Below are positions 11,393-23,915 of a stretch of 64,000 nucleotides of DNA, one piece after another. Position numbers and translations under genes: made by a program. The notes beneath the pieces were generated by a model. That model had not been told where the DNA came from and did not search any database. It saw only the letters and a list, made by a program, of their open reading frames with translations. Location: the NCBI GenBank assembly GCA_010909165.1, contig VJWM01000019.1, positions 124,001 through 188,000 on the forward strand, read 5' to 3'. The stretch's first letter is position 1. Each line of letters starts with the position of its first letter. Source of the DNA: Anthoceros angustus. Its lineage: Eukaryota > Plantae > Anthocerotophyta.

Positions 11393-12711
11393 TTTTATAG
11401 TTTTCCACCGGGTTTGACTATCATTAAGGTTTTACTAATGAAACCTAAGAGTTTTCTCTTCTTCAAATGTTTTATGAAGAGAGAAGGCCGAGTTGTTCCT
11501 AGTTCGTGAGGGGAGGATTTTGCAATGAAGTACTCTTTAGGTTTCAAAGGTTTCAAAGTCAAGATACTTTACAAGTCCATTGGTGTAGGTGAATGATGCT
11601 ATACATGTTCAATAGTGTAGGTTCATTATAATTATAAAATTGTACAAGAATCTACGGTTAAGGCATGTGCCATTGTACTAGGATCTCAATTATTCTCCTG
11701 GTATGTGTCCTTAGGCAGCAATTTTTGTACCTTATCTTGTAGACATTAAGATGTACCTTGTCTATTGTTCCTACTCAAGCTCTTTTCTTGATCTTGCTTT
11801 GTGCTAGTCACTCTCTTTTGATCTTGATTTGTGTCATTCTTTCTCATTCACTTCAATAGTTTTACCACTAGAAGAAGCTAAGACAATCATGCTTTCTAAG
11901 GAGAAATGTCACTATAGCAAACCAGCATATTACTCTTGCATTTGTCATCTTATAAGAGGACCGGAAGACCTAACCTAGTGGTTGCGCCTTTAATTCAAGC
12001 TTGGATTTCTTTCTATTAGTAATCAAGTAGACAATCGCTCATCAAATTACAAGATGGTGGTTTTTTGTAATGTCTCCGCCACTCTCTTCCATTTCGGAGG
12101 ATGGTAAAATTGTTCCAAGATTAATGACATGGATAGATATATCTTGTGCACATGTCCTCACACTACACAAGAGATATCGAACAAATTATTCCATAGTTTC
12201 ACTATCATCCCTACTATATAATAAACTCATCGAAGTAATGGTTATGGTAATATAATCAATAAATAAAAAGTTGTGTCTACTTCATACTCTCCGGTTTATG
12301 TAATGAAATGGATTCAAAGATCGAGTGTATCAACTTTTGTCTTGAAATGAAAGTAGTTGCCCTATATGTGTGTTGCAACTGGAAAGTGTGAAGGCTTTGG
12401 AGACTTAAGGTGGGTTGCCATTTTGCTGCATTTGTATAGCTATGTTGATTAAACCATATTGAACATGTCACAGTCCCGATGATCTTATGCTCATTAAAAT
12501 GTTTGAGTTCTAGACTAGTGCCTTGTATCTTGAAGAGTTTGCAAGAGGAATGCCATTTTTGTTCACATAAGTTTTATTTTATTCATATCTTTAGAATTAG
12601 TTTGCATGCAAGTATTTTCATATTTAAATTGAAATAGGTGGTTGATGAAGTATACTTAATATAGACTTTTGGTTTTATGTAGGACGGTGTTTCCGTGCTT
12701 ATACTTCTATC

Positions 12712-13200
12712 ATGTCGACTCCACGAATTCACAAGGACCTCTTCAAAATGCTTGAAATAGACAATGGTGTCATGTTGTGATGATGGTTTTCCACCTCTCA
12801 TGCCGGCGCCTCAGCCGCTTCCTTCCATTTTAGAGAAGGATTCTTCTCCAACGAGGGTGAAAGAACTTGAAGCCAACACACCTTCAACATTTGGATTTCG
12901 TTCTCATGGATCAAGAAAACAATAGTTTCCAATTACAGGATGATTGTTTTCCTCTGCTATGCCTCAGCCTTCCTTCAATTTCAAAAGGTGGTGTATTACA
13001 AGATGGTGGCTCTTCTAGTACTCTAGATAAGCTCATGGTGAGCCTCTTGCTTCTATTTTGGATAATATTTTTGAAGACGGTTTGTTGCAATTCTAGTCAA
13101 TCTTATAGTGCAAATCTTATGGCTCACCGAATCCTTCCCTTTTCAAGATGTTTTCTCTCCTTCATCCTTCGACAATATTTTTGGTTCTTTAGATGATTAA
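12712..13200 (+). CDS. Array orphan gene B, unit 1 (short paralog of A)
   Basis: MSTP..KDLFKMLEIDNGV..ELEANTPSTFGF..LQDGGSSSTLDKL..FDNIFGSLDD* after a tgtag acceptor homologous to that of A. Confidence 0.55.
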
Positions 13201-14289
13201 TTAGTGTGCCAATTATAACTATTTGATATATTTGAATATATTTCAAGATGTATAACTTAAAATCAAGTGTGTCACCATGTTCGCTCTAATATATATGGTG
13301 GTCATTGCACCACAAGGATCACATCTCAGAACGCACAACCACGACCCACGGTCATCATCCAACACATCTGCGGCAGGGTTGAAGGAGTAAAGCGCAAGCT
13401 GAATTTGGTACAGACCGGGGTTGAACCAAAACTGGCCATGGAATTGGGATGCAAGCAAAGCCACTCTCGGTCCCACATACCTATGAGATTTCTCATATTG
13501 CGGTGAGATCACAAACTTATGTGAATGAAGACCAGTTATTGTACCACCGCTTGCATCAATTTGTTGTCGTGGACTGGATCGATGCGCGTTGCAATAGAGA
13601 AAGGTACCCGCCTCCCAACTTGAAGACTTGGAAAATGAAGTTACTTTCTTTGTCAGTAGCTTTCTACAAATATTCCAAAATGGCAAACTCAACATGGAAT
13701 GTGATTTGGTGTTTTGGTTAGTCCATTCACAAGGGTAGAGGGTCTCCGGGATGAAAGTAGTTGAATAGTTGCTTCCAAACGCATATTATTTAGATATATG
13801 TTAAATTTAAAACCACATGGTGCTCGAAGGGTCCGATGGTAACCATGGTAAATCGCCCCATCTTGACCGAAATTATTTGAATATGTTTTGGTTAGAAGAA
13901 GAAGAAGAATTTTATTTAAGTCCACTACGGATGGATTTCCGTCATGGGACTTGGTACTTCACAACTTGTACCATGGTGTGCCTAAGCTACTTGCACCAAG
14001 GGCATCCACTCCTTGAGCACCCCATCTAAGTACCGATCCAAGATCGGGATGCTTAATCACGGCGTCCTTATAAATGTGTGTCCATTTGGCCTAAGCCATT
14101 TGGACCACATGCCAACGTCATGCATGTACATATATATAATCAATGGTGTGGTGGCCCCACCTTCACAAGGCCGCTGAGGCAACCACTCCACGATCACGGA
14201 CAAGGAAGGACACTCTAGCCCATCAAAGTAACCCATTTTTAAGGACGCTTATGGTGTCCATGATGGACCGGCTCGAGGTAGCTTGGCGA

Positions 14290-16272
14290 CACTGCCGCTG
14301 ACTACCGCCAGCCGGGCGCCAAGACAATCCCGCGTCGGGGAAGGAGTTCGTTCCCAAGGGAATGACAGACTGCTTGCGCTGCTTCAAAGCTTTTCGGCCT
14401 GCCCACGCCACTACCCCTAACGCACACACCCCTTAGTTCACGCCTACCGCAACTAACACCGCAGGCCGGTATATGCAAAACGCTTATGACCTGCCAAGGG
14501 CTCGCTCCGCTCTGCCTCGCCTCACACCTCTCGTCCACCTCTCACACTACACTTACCTGGCCTTAAGGAAGACGCTGGTTACATGCCCGACCTCCTCCTT
14601 CTTGTCCGGACCTCCTCGTCGTTCCGGGCCTCTCGCCCCGCAGACGCCTCCCAAGTCCCTCCGGCTCACACGTTCGGTCCGTTCGGCGGGTCGCGGCTCG
14701 ACGAGCACGGTCCCGCCACCCCCGCACACACCACAACACGTTAGGTCCGTCACGGGACCACGATCGATCCTCCGTGTCGTTGTAGGAGTTCGTTCCCAAG
14801 GAATAGCGGACTCCGTTCTGCGGCGTTCGAGGCGATTTCGTCTTACTTCGTCCACTCGGTCTAACGCACACCCCTTAGTTCACGTCGTCTACTACCACAA
14901 ACCGCAGGCGGTATGGCCAAGCGTTTAAGGACCCGTTCGCGTCGTTCGTTCCGTTCGTCTCTCACACCTCTCGTCCTCCTCTCTCACTACACTTATCGGT
15001 CTTAAGGAAGGCCGCGGGTTACAGTCCGGACCTCCTCGTCGTTCCGGGCCTCTCGTCCGGGCGCCGCCCTCCGAAGTCCCTCGGCTCACGTTCCGGTCGG
15101 TTGGTGTCAGCGACACGGGTCCGATCACCACTCCCCGCACACACCACAACACGTTAGGTCCGTCACGGGACCACGATCGATCCCTCCGGTCATCGTGCAC
15201 CTTTCGGTGACTCGGGACTCACGTTATCGGGAAGACACAGTGCGCAAGGCGGCATCAACACCAAGGAAAGATGATTTATTGAGCGGCCAGCCCTCTTATA
15301 CTACGCCTAGGTCGGCGTCTTTATTACATGGCCAGCCCATGCCTAATCGGCCGCCTACCATCCTATTTCCTCCTCCTATCTCCTTACGCCTGTGGGAAGG
15401 TCCGGGTTCCGCCTTGGGATTGGTGGTCAATCTCCGCCTCGACAATCGCGACCTAATCGGATGATCCGCGGGCGGACCCCTCCCGGAATCACAGCCGGGT
15501 TGGGCTCGTGGCGGTCGGCGCGTTACCACCGTCATCCTCCCTGGCCAGCCCCCGTGGGTCCCCTCGGTGGGGCCACCTGTCAGTCCTAAGTCGAAGGGGA
15601 CTCCTCCTTCTTGTCCGGACCTCGGGGTCGGTCTCGACTCGAACTGAACTCAAGGTCGGTTTATTTCCAGTCCGGCCGGTGGGTCGGCCTCGTCTCGGGT
15701 TCGGACCTCGGGGTCCGATCTCAAACTCGGACCCCTTCACGTGGACCTCGTCTTGCTAGGTCCTCCTCCTTACCCGACCCTTGTCTTGGTGGGTTGGCTC
15801 CCCGGTTGCACCCTGCGGGCCCCTCACCCCCCTGGCCGGATCGGGTGGTGGTGAACTTACCTTGGGGTCAGCTGCGTCCCGCTCCTCTTGGGGCTCCCTC
15901 CTTGGCGTCGTCTCCAAAGGGGCCCCTAGGGTCCTGTCATCTCCGTGCCCTTCTTCCCCTCAGGGCCTTCCGGGGCCGTCTGTGCGGAGGCGAGGCCTCT
16001 GCCAGCTCGGTGTGGTAATAGGCAAAGTCCGAATCCACTTGCTGGATTGCCTCTTCCACGTGTGCGGGCACCGATACTCCCCGCCGCCATAGATGCTCGG
16101 GAGCTGTTGCCCGCTTGTTGCTCCACCTCCCGCCGGGTTGGATAGTGGGCGGCTTCGCTTGCCAGGTGCCTCGGTCACCTCCAGATCGTCATTGTTGCTC
16201 CCTTGCTCCAACTCTCTCCCGTTCCGTTCGCCCGCTTGCCGCCATAGACGTTCCCTTCACTTCCTCGGTGGA
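14290..16272 (-). repeat. Extra partial copies of the first ~0.5 kb and ~1.5 kb of the LTR (probable assembly duplication of the left junction)
   Basis: 14772-15240 is essentially identical to 16328-16797. At ~16270 the sequence jumps back to host-flank sequence via tggac(c)ggct microhomology. Confidence 0.8.
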
Positions 16273-16837
16273 CCGGCTCGAGGTAGCTTGGCGCATTGTG
16301 CGACTTTCGGCCGGCCGGGCCTGCAATCCGTGTCGTTGTAGGAGTTCGTTCCCAAGGAATAGCGGACTCCGTTCTGCGGCGTTCGAGGCGATTTTCGTCT
16401 TACTTCGTCCACTCGGTCTAACGCACACACCCCTTAGTTCACGTCGTCTACTACCACAAACCGCAGGCGGTATGGCCAAGCGTTTAAGGACCCGTTCGCG
16501 TCGTTCGTTCCGTTCGTCTCTCACACCTCTCGTCCTCCTCTCTCACTACACTTATCGGTCTTAAGGAAGGCCGCGGGTTACAGTCCGGACCTCCTCGTCG
16601 TTCCGGGCCTCTCGTCCGGGCGCCGCCCTCCGAAGTCCCTCGGCTCACGTTCCGGTCGGTTGGTGTCAGCGACACGGGTCCGATCACCACTCCCCGCACA
16701 CACCACAACACGTTAGGTCCGTCACGGGACCACGATCGATCCCTCCGGTCATCGTGCACCTTTCGGTGACTCGGGACTCACGTTATCGGGAAGACACACA
16801 AGTGCAGAGCAGCAGCATCAACACCAAGGAAAGATGA

Positions 16838-16864
16838 TTTATTGAGGCGGCCCGCCCTCTTATA
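16838..16864 (-). promoter_or_regulatory. Candidate LTR TATA box (TATAAGAGGG) and AATAAA signal; equivalent at 29835-29854
   Basis: ccctcttata at 16855-16864 and tttatt at 16838-16843, conserved in both LTRs and ~550 bp from the U5 end. Confidence 0.45.
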
Positions 16865-17069
16865 CTACGCCTAGGTCGGCGTCTTTATTACACCCCTATT
16901 ACGGTGGCCATTTCGGTATGCCTAATCGGCCTACCATCCTATTTCCTCCTCCTATCTCCTTCGCCGGCGGTGGGGGAAGGTCCAGTTCCTTGGGATTGGT
17001 GGTCCAATCTCCGACAATGCAGCGCGCACCCAATCGGATGATCCGCGGCGGACCCCTCCTTTCCCGGAA

Positions 17070-20000
17070 TCACATCGGGTTGGGCTCGTGGCGGTCGGCG
17101 GCCCGCCCGTTAACGTCATCCTCCCTGGCCTTCCGTGGGTCCCTCCGGTGGGGCCACTGTCTCCCTAGCGTAAGTCGAGGGACTCCTCCTTCTTGTCCGG
17201 ACCTCGGTCGGTCTCGACTCGAACTGAACTCCAAGGTCGGTTTATTTCCAGTCCGGCCATGGCCTCGTCTCGGGTTCGGACCTCGGGGTCCGTGCCTTGG
17301 TCCGATCTCAAACTCGGACCCCTTCACGTGGACCTCGTCTTGCTAGGTCCTCCTCCTTACCCCCGACCCTTGTCTTGGTCGGGTTGGCTCCCTTGCACCC
17401 TGCGGGCCCCTCCGGGATCGGGTGGTGGTGAACTTACCTTGGGGTCCATGCGTCCCGCTCCTCAGGGCTCCCTCCTTGTTGCCGTCGTCTCCAAAGGGGC
17501 CCCTAGGTCCTGTCATCTCGTGCCCTTCTTCCCCTCAGGGCCTTCCGGGGCCGTCTCTGGCGAGGCCTCCCGCCAGGAGCTCGGTGTGGTAATAGGCAAA
17601 GTCCGAATCCACTTGCTGGATTGCCTCTTCCACGTGTGCGGAGCACCGTCTCCTTCGCCATAGATGCTCGGGAGCTGTGCCGCTTGTTGCTCCACCTCCG
17701 GGTTGGATAGGCTGGAGGCTGCCTCGGTCACCTCCAGATCGTCATTGTTGCTCCACTTGCTCCAACTCTCTCCGTTCGTTCATTTGCGGCTTGCCATATT
17801 TCCTTCGCTTCCTCGGTGGACGGCTTCTTATGCCTTCCAGGCCCTCGCCTCCTTGTCCATTACATTAACTCGCCATCTCCGCTCAGACGGTGGGCAACAC
17901 GGCGTGCCTTCACCAGGCCCTTTTCCATCTCGGCGGCGTCCTGCTCCTGTTCCATCGCCTTCGACTCCGTCAGCAGCGGGCCGCTCTATCTCGTCGCGTT
18001 CGCGACCATGTCCTGAACTACCATTCCTCTCAATGATAGTTTGGGCTGCGGCTCAAAGTCTCCTTCGTCCTCCTCTCACACTACACTTATCGGCCTTAAG
18101 GAAGACGCTGGTTACATGCCCGACCTCCGCTGCTCCACCGGCCTCCGCCGACGCCCCAAGTCCCTCCGGCCACACGCCCGTCCGGGCCGGGGTCGCGGCT
18201 CGACGAGCACGGGTCCGATCACCACTCCCCGCACACACCACAACACGTTAGGTCCGTCACGGGACCACGATCGATCCCTCCGGCCGCTGCTCGCCGGACT
18301 CAGACTCACGCTCGTGAAGACACAGGTCCGCAAGAACGCGCATCAACACCAAGGAAAGATGATTTATCTCAGCCCCACTCTTATACTACGCCTAGGTCCG
18401 CCTTTATTACACCCCTATTCGAGCCGACGGCCACCAAGATGCCTAATCGCCGCCTACCATCCTATTTCCTCCTATCTCCTTCGCCACGGTAATGGAAGGT
18501 CCCGTCCTTTTGGGATTGGTGGTCCAATCTCCCGCTCGACAATCGCGACCCAATCGGATGATCCGCGAGGCGGACCCTCCTTTCCCCCGAACTCCAGTTT
18601 ACGGCGGTCCTGACCGCCACACAAACGCCATCCTCCTCGCCTTCCTGGGTCCCTCCGGTGGGGCCACCACCGTCACCTCTAGCGTCAAGGGGACCTCCAT
18701 CGCCGAGTCCGACCTCGAGGTCCGGCCTCGACTCCGAGCCCCGAACCCAAGGGTCCGGCCCCGAGTCCGACCTACTGGGTCCCCTGCCTCGGGTTCGACC
18801 TCGTGGTCCAGATGACACGGGTCCGATCTCCAACTCCGACCCTTCCTGTGGACCTCAGATCGCTAGGTCCTCCTTACCCCCGACCCTTGTCTTGGTCCTG
18901 GCCCCTTGCACCCCTCGCAGCCCCTCACCCCCCACGGGTGGTGAACTTACCTTGGGGTCCGCTGCTCCACCTCCTCCGCTGCTCCACCTCCTTGCCGTCG
19001 TCTCCAAACAGGCCCCTAGGTCCTCTGGCCCCTGCCCTTCTTCCCCTCCGAGCCTTCCAGGTCCGCCTATTGCGCGCCGAGAGGCCTCTACCGCCTCAGG
19101 AGCTCGGTGTGGTAATAGGCAAAGTCCGAATCCACTTGCCGGATTGCTCTTCCACGTGTGCCCGAGCACCGATACTCCCTTCGCCATAGATGCTCCGGAG
19201 CCGAGCCTGCCCGCTTGTTGCTCCACCTCCCGCCAGTTTGATAGCCGAGCTGCCGCCGCGAGGTCGCTGGCGCCGGCCACCTCCCGCAGCTGCCGCCGCT
19301 GCTCCACTTGCTCCAACTCCTCCGCTTCCGCTCACGCCAGCCCGCCATAACGCAGCTCCCTTCCGACTTCCTCACCGACCAGCCTTCTGCCTCGCCGCCG
19401 CCTCTTGTCCATTCCGGCCGCAACTCCGCCATCTCCGCCTCCGGCCGCAACACGGCTGATCATGGCTTCACCCAGTTCCTTTTCCATCTCGGCGACGCCC
19501 CGCCTCTGCTCCATCGCCATCGACTGTCCGCCAATGTAGAGCCGGAGTCATCCCTGCTCGACCATGTCCCGCACTACCATTCCTCTCACGATAGTTTGAG
19601 TCAGCCCAAAGTCTCCTTGCGGTCCTCCATCTCACGCTTCTTGCCTTCGGCCCTCTTCTCTCCATTATTGTGCCATCTCCCGCTCAGACGGTGGGCAACC
19701 GCGCGGTGCGCTTCACCAGGCCCTTTTCCATCTCGGCGGCGTCCTGCTCCTGTTCCGCCGCCTTCGCTCCAAGCGGGCGGAGCCGCTCTATCTCATTCGC
19801 GTTCGCGACCATGTCCTGAACTACCATTCCTCTCAATGATAGTTTGGAGCTGCAGCTCCAAAGTCTCCTTGCGGTCCTCCATCTCTTGCCGCTGCTGCTC
19901 CACCTCCCGGAGCTGAGTCTGGAGATCCTCCACCTCCTTGTCGCGAGCTTCTTGGGCCTGGCTGGTCCGCGCTTGCTCCGCCACCTCCTGCTCCATCTTC

Positions 20001-23000
20001 AGGCAGAGCTGGAGGCGCTCTATCTCCTGCTCGAAGTCCTGGATTCTCCCATTGAGAATTCCTTGCTCAAGCGTCTTGGGTTGTAACTCCAAGGTGTCCT
20101 TCTTGTCCTCCAACTCCTGCCGCCTCCCTTCTACCTCTTGCAGTGCCACAGGGTCCCGATTTCCGGTCTTGGCCTCAGTGTTCTGCGGCGTCGTGCTTGC
20201 TCATGACCACTTGCTCGGCCTTGATTGGCGTGGCTCTCTCGGCCTCCCTCCTCCACGGTTCGATCACGCCGATAGTGATCGCGATCGGCCGTGGCCTCCG
20301 CCTCCTTGGCCACCTTCACTGAGCCTCTCCGGCTCTGGTCGGTCGGCCTCGCGGATCCGCGCCCGTTACGCTTGCGCCCGGGCGTCCTCGCTTCTGCGCT
20401 CGCCCCTCACTGCGGTCCTCGCCGCGCTTGGGCCTCCTTAGTGCCGCCATTCCTCGGTGAAGGAATTTGTCCGGTCCTTGCGGATGGACGGACCTCCCTC
20501 TCCGCCTCCGGCGTTTCCTCCTCAATCCGGCCGAGGCTTGGCCTTCCTTCTCGCCTCACAGGCTCCCTCCAGCTGCTCACGGAGTACCATGCGCCTCGGG
20601 TGGCTTCTACCTCCGGGTCTTCTCGGCCATCCCGAGACCCCAGAGCATACCGTCCATGTGGCAGGACCAGCCGTGTTTCTTCCACGGCCGCCGTGAGGCT
20701 CCCACAAAGTCCGTGGCGGGCCGGCATCTCCAGTCCGAGGACCTCCATATCAGGAAGTCCGGTGGGTTCTCGGACCTAATCGGGACCCTTAGGTCACAGT
20801 CTTTGCTCGGGCTTCCCCTCCTTGGCCCTTTTGGCGCGAGCTCCTTCTCGCCCTTTTCCTCACAGGGCTCGGAGGAGGTGAGGAGTCGGGAGCAAGCCTT
20901 TTGCCCCTTCACGGTCGGCGGCAGGGCTCGGCTGTTGCAGTGTCCTCCGCTTCCTGGGCGCGTCCCTTTCGCCCTCCTTCACTTCCTCCGCTTCTTGCCA
21001 CTCAGGTGGCGGGGAAGAATCTTGCAGGGGTGCAGCGTTGGTAGCCGTGGTCTTGCGTCTCTTGGCTCCTCACAGTCCGGGGCTCCTCGGTAGGAGTGGT
21101 GGCGGGGGCTGGGGTCGGGCAGCTTCTGCTGGTGCTGGTTGGGGCACGGAGGAGGAATTTCTTCCATACTTCCACAGGTGGTGAGGGGTCCGTTCAGGGC
21201 GTATGGAGTCGGAATCCTCGATCGTCCTCCTCCGAGTCCGTTTGGCTTTGACGGCCTCCTCCTCCGGCGCCTTGCCGCTCCACTTGGCGGGGCCTCGGTC
21301 CTTTGGGCGCTCGCTCAAGCTCTCCTTCCTTGAGGAGCTCGAAATGCCCCATACATGGATCGGTATGGGGCGGCCCAGATGGCGAGGCTTCTCGGTCTGA
21401 GCTTGCGAGCCTCACAGCTAAAGGCGAAGATAATCCTTCCCGTCCGCCTCTTCCCCAGCGTAGCGTGCGGGGAATACCAGATTATCACCAAGGTGATCCA
21501 CCTTGGTGGTAGGTTCGATGGACAATGATCCGGGCCACCGCCTTACTCGGCTGTCAGCGGTCGGATATCGACCAACCGTTGGTGGTCGTTGCGTCGAGCC
21601 CCGCATCTGTGGGGCCTATCTTCCCTTCGCCTTGAGGGGCTCGGCACCACTCCCCTCTTCCTCCTTGGGCGGTTGTAGGCCGCCTCGGGACCTCAAGGTC
21701 CATCGCCTTGGGTCCTCCGGAGGTTCTTGGACCGCACCTCCTTATTGACCGCCGCCCGGCATCTTCGGGCAAACTCCGGACGGTGACATCAAATGTCGGA
21801 CCATGGAACACATCCAAATGCCACTCCTGCACCAATTCTCCGCTTCCGGGCAGGCCCAAAGTCCGGATAGCGCGGGTCACAATGTTGCGCTCCACAAGGT
21901 TCCATGGCTCCCAAACTTCCGGGCTTTTGGGTGCCATCGCCTTCTCCTCCTTGGTTCTTTTGGCGCGAGCTCCTTCCCCTTTTCCTCCACGGGGCTCGGA
22001 GGAGGTGAGGAGTCAGGAGCAAGCCTTTTGCCCCTTCCGGTGGCAGGGCGGCTCGATGTGGTGCAGTGTCCTCCGCTCCACAGGCGCGTCCTTCGCCCTC
22101 CTTCACACTTCCTCCGCTTCTTGCCACTCAGGTGGGAAATCGCAGCCCGGTGCAGCGTTGGTAGCCGTGGTCTTGCGTCTCTTGGCTCCCTCCACAGTCG
22201 GCGGGGCTCCTCGGTAGGAGTGATGGCCGTGGCCTCGCCTCCTTGGGCGGTTGTAGGCCGCCTCCGCTTCTGGTGGCTCTGGTTGGGGCACGGAGGAGGG
22301 AGAATTTCTTCCCATACTTCCACAGGTGGTGAGGGGTCCGTTCAGGGCGTATGGAGTCGGAATCCTCGATCGTCCTCCTCCGAGTCCGTTTGGCTTTCGG
22401 CCTCCTCCTCCGGCGCCTTGCCGCTCCACTTGGGCCTCCGGTCCTTTGGGCTCAAGCTCTCCTTCCTTGAGGAGCTCGAAATGCCCCATACATGGATCGG
22501 TATGGGGCAGATGGCGAGGCTTCTCGGTCACGAGCTTGCGAGCCTCACAGCTAAACCGGGAAGATAATCCTTCCCAGTCGCCCCTCTTCCCCAGCTGCAG
22601 CGTGCGGGGAATACCAGATTATCACCAAGGTGATCCACCTTGGTAGTAGGTTCGATGGACAATGATCCGGGCCACTCGGTATCAGCGCGGATGCCAACCG
22701 TTGGTGGTTGCGTCGAGCCTTAGCACTGGCGGCCCTATCTTCCCGCCGCCTTGAGGGGCTCGGCACCACTCCCCTCTTCCTCCTTTGGGCGGTTGTAGGC
22801 CCTCGGGACCTCAAGGTCCATCGCCTTGGGTCCTCCGGAGGTTCTTGGACCGCACCTCCTTGTGACCGCCGGCATCTTGGGCGAACTCCGGACGGTGACC
22901 TTGTCAAATGTCGGACCGAACACATCCAAATGCCACTCCTGCACCAATTCTCCGCTTCCTGGGCCGGGGCCCAAAGTCCGGATAGCGCGGGTCACAATGT

Positions 23001-23052
23001 TGCGCTCCACAAGGTTCCATGGCTCCCAAACTTCCGGGCTTTTGGGTGCCAT
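17070..23052 (-). CDS. LTR(U3)-encoded accessory protein, 3' LTR copy (frameshifted and partly duplicated as assembled; ends approximate)
   Basis: Peptide blocks EVWEPWNLVERNIVTRAIRTLG..GELVQEWHLDVFHGPTFDKVTVR, TKVDHLGDNLVFPARY and GHFELLKEGELER. Clean 118-aa coiled-coil ORF at 19793-20149. AHVEEAIQQVDSDFAYYHTELL. Confidence 0.65.
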
Positions 23053-23851
23053 CGCCTTCTCCTCCCTTGGTTCTTTTGGCGCGCGCCGAGGCTGGCGGCA
23101 CGTTCGCCTTCTTCGCGCGTTCTTGCTCCGACCTCAGCGGTGAGCGCGCGAGCGTCGAGTGTCCCACGAGATACCGCGAGGCGGTTGCGGGCGCAGAGAT
23201 CGCGGTGTCTCGGCTGCGTGACCTTCCCCCGCCTCCGAGTAACCGGCGGGGCGGGGCGCCTCTTCCACGTGCGCGAGTGCATGGCTTGCGCCTTCTTCGC
23301 GCGTTGTTGCTCCGACCTCAGCGGTGAGCGCGAGCGTCTGAGTGTCCACGAGATACCGCGGGCGGTTGCGGGCGCGAGATCGCGGTGTCTCTGCCGGGAA
23401 TGACCTTCCCGGCCGCCTTGGGAGTAAGGCGGGGCGGGGCGCCTCTTCCACGTCGTGGCGGTGCATGGCTTGCTCGCTTCGCCTCGCTTACTGCGGCCTT
23501 ACGCGCGTGCCTGCGGCCGCCCGCGCGCGGTCGCGGCGTGAATACCTGCTATAACGGCCTGCAGCAGGTGCAGTCTGGCATGCCGTCCTCCACTCGAGTC
23601 CCGCGTGGCGTCGCCTGGTCCGTCCCGCGGCTCAACTTCTAAGTTACTTGGCGTACTTATCACCGGGTCACAGGAGTGGGTCCGGACTTATCCGTTACCG
23701 TGGCCATAGTAGGTCCTGCGTTCCTCACTCGGGGTATACTCAGTGCCGTCAGTGCTACCCATGCTTATTTCCCCTTTTCGCCTCATTTTATCCTTCTCCT
23801 ACAAAAAACAAAACCCTACCTAATTTCTAACCCCGAAGTCCGTAGTCCACA

Positions 23852-23865
23852 TACTCCCTTCTCAC
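23852..23865 (-). other. Polypurine tract
   Basis: Minus strand GTGAGAAGGGAGTA directly abuts the TG of the 3' LTR. Confidence 0.8.
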
Positions 23866-23915
23866 TGTTGGCGTCTCCGCCAACACTAAGCGTGTACTTT
23901 TCACCCGCCATCCGT

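Larger units (their letters stand above)
16297..23851 (-). repeat. 3' LTR (7.6 kb as assembled, with internal duplications)
   Basis: Starts tgtgcgac.., ends ..cgtagtccaca. Colinear with 29304-37479. Confidence 0.9.

Noticed and set aside
23805-23835. Telomere-like / telo-box AAACCCTA near the LTR end
   Set aside because: A single motif with no tandem CCCTAAA array; cannot support telomere targeting.
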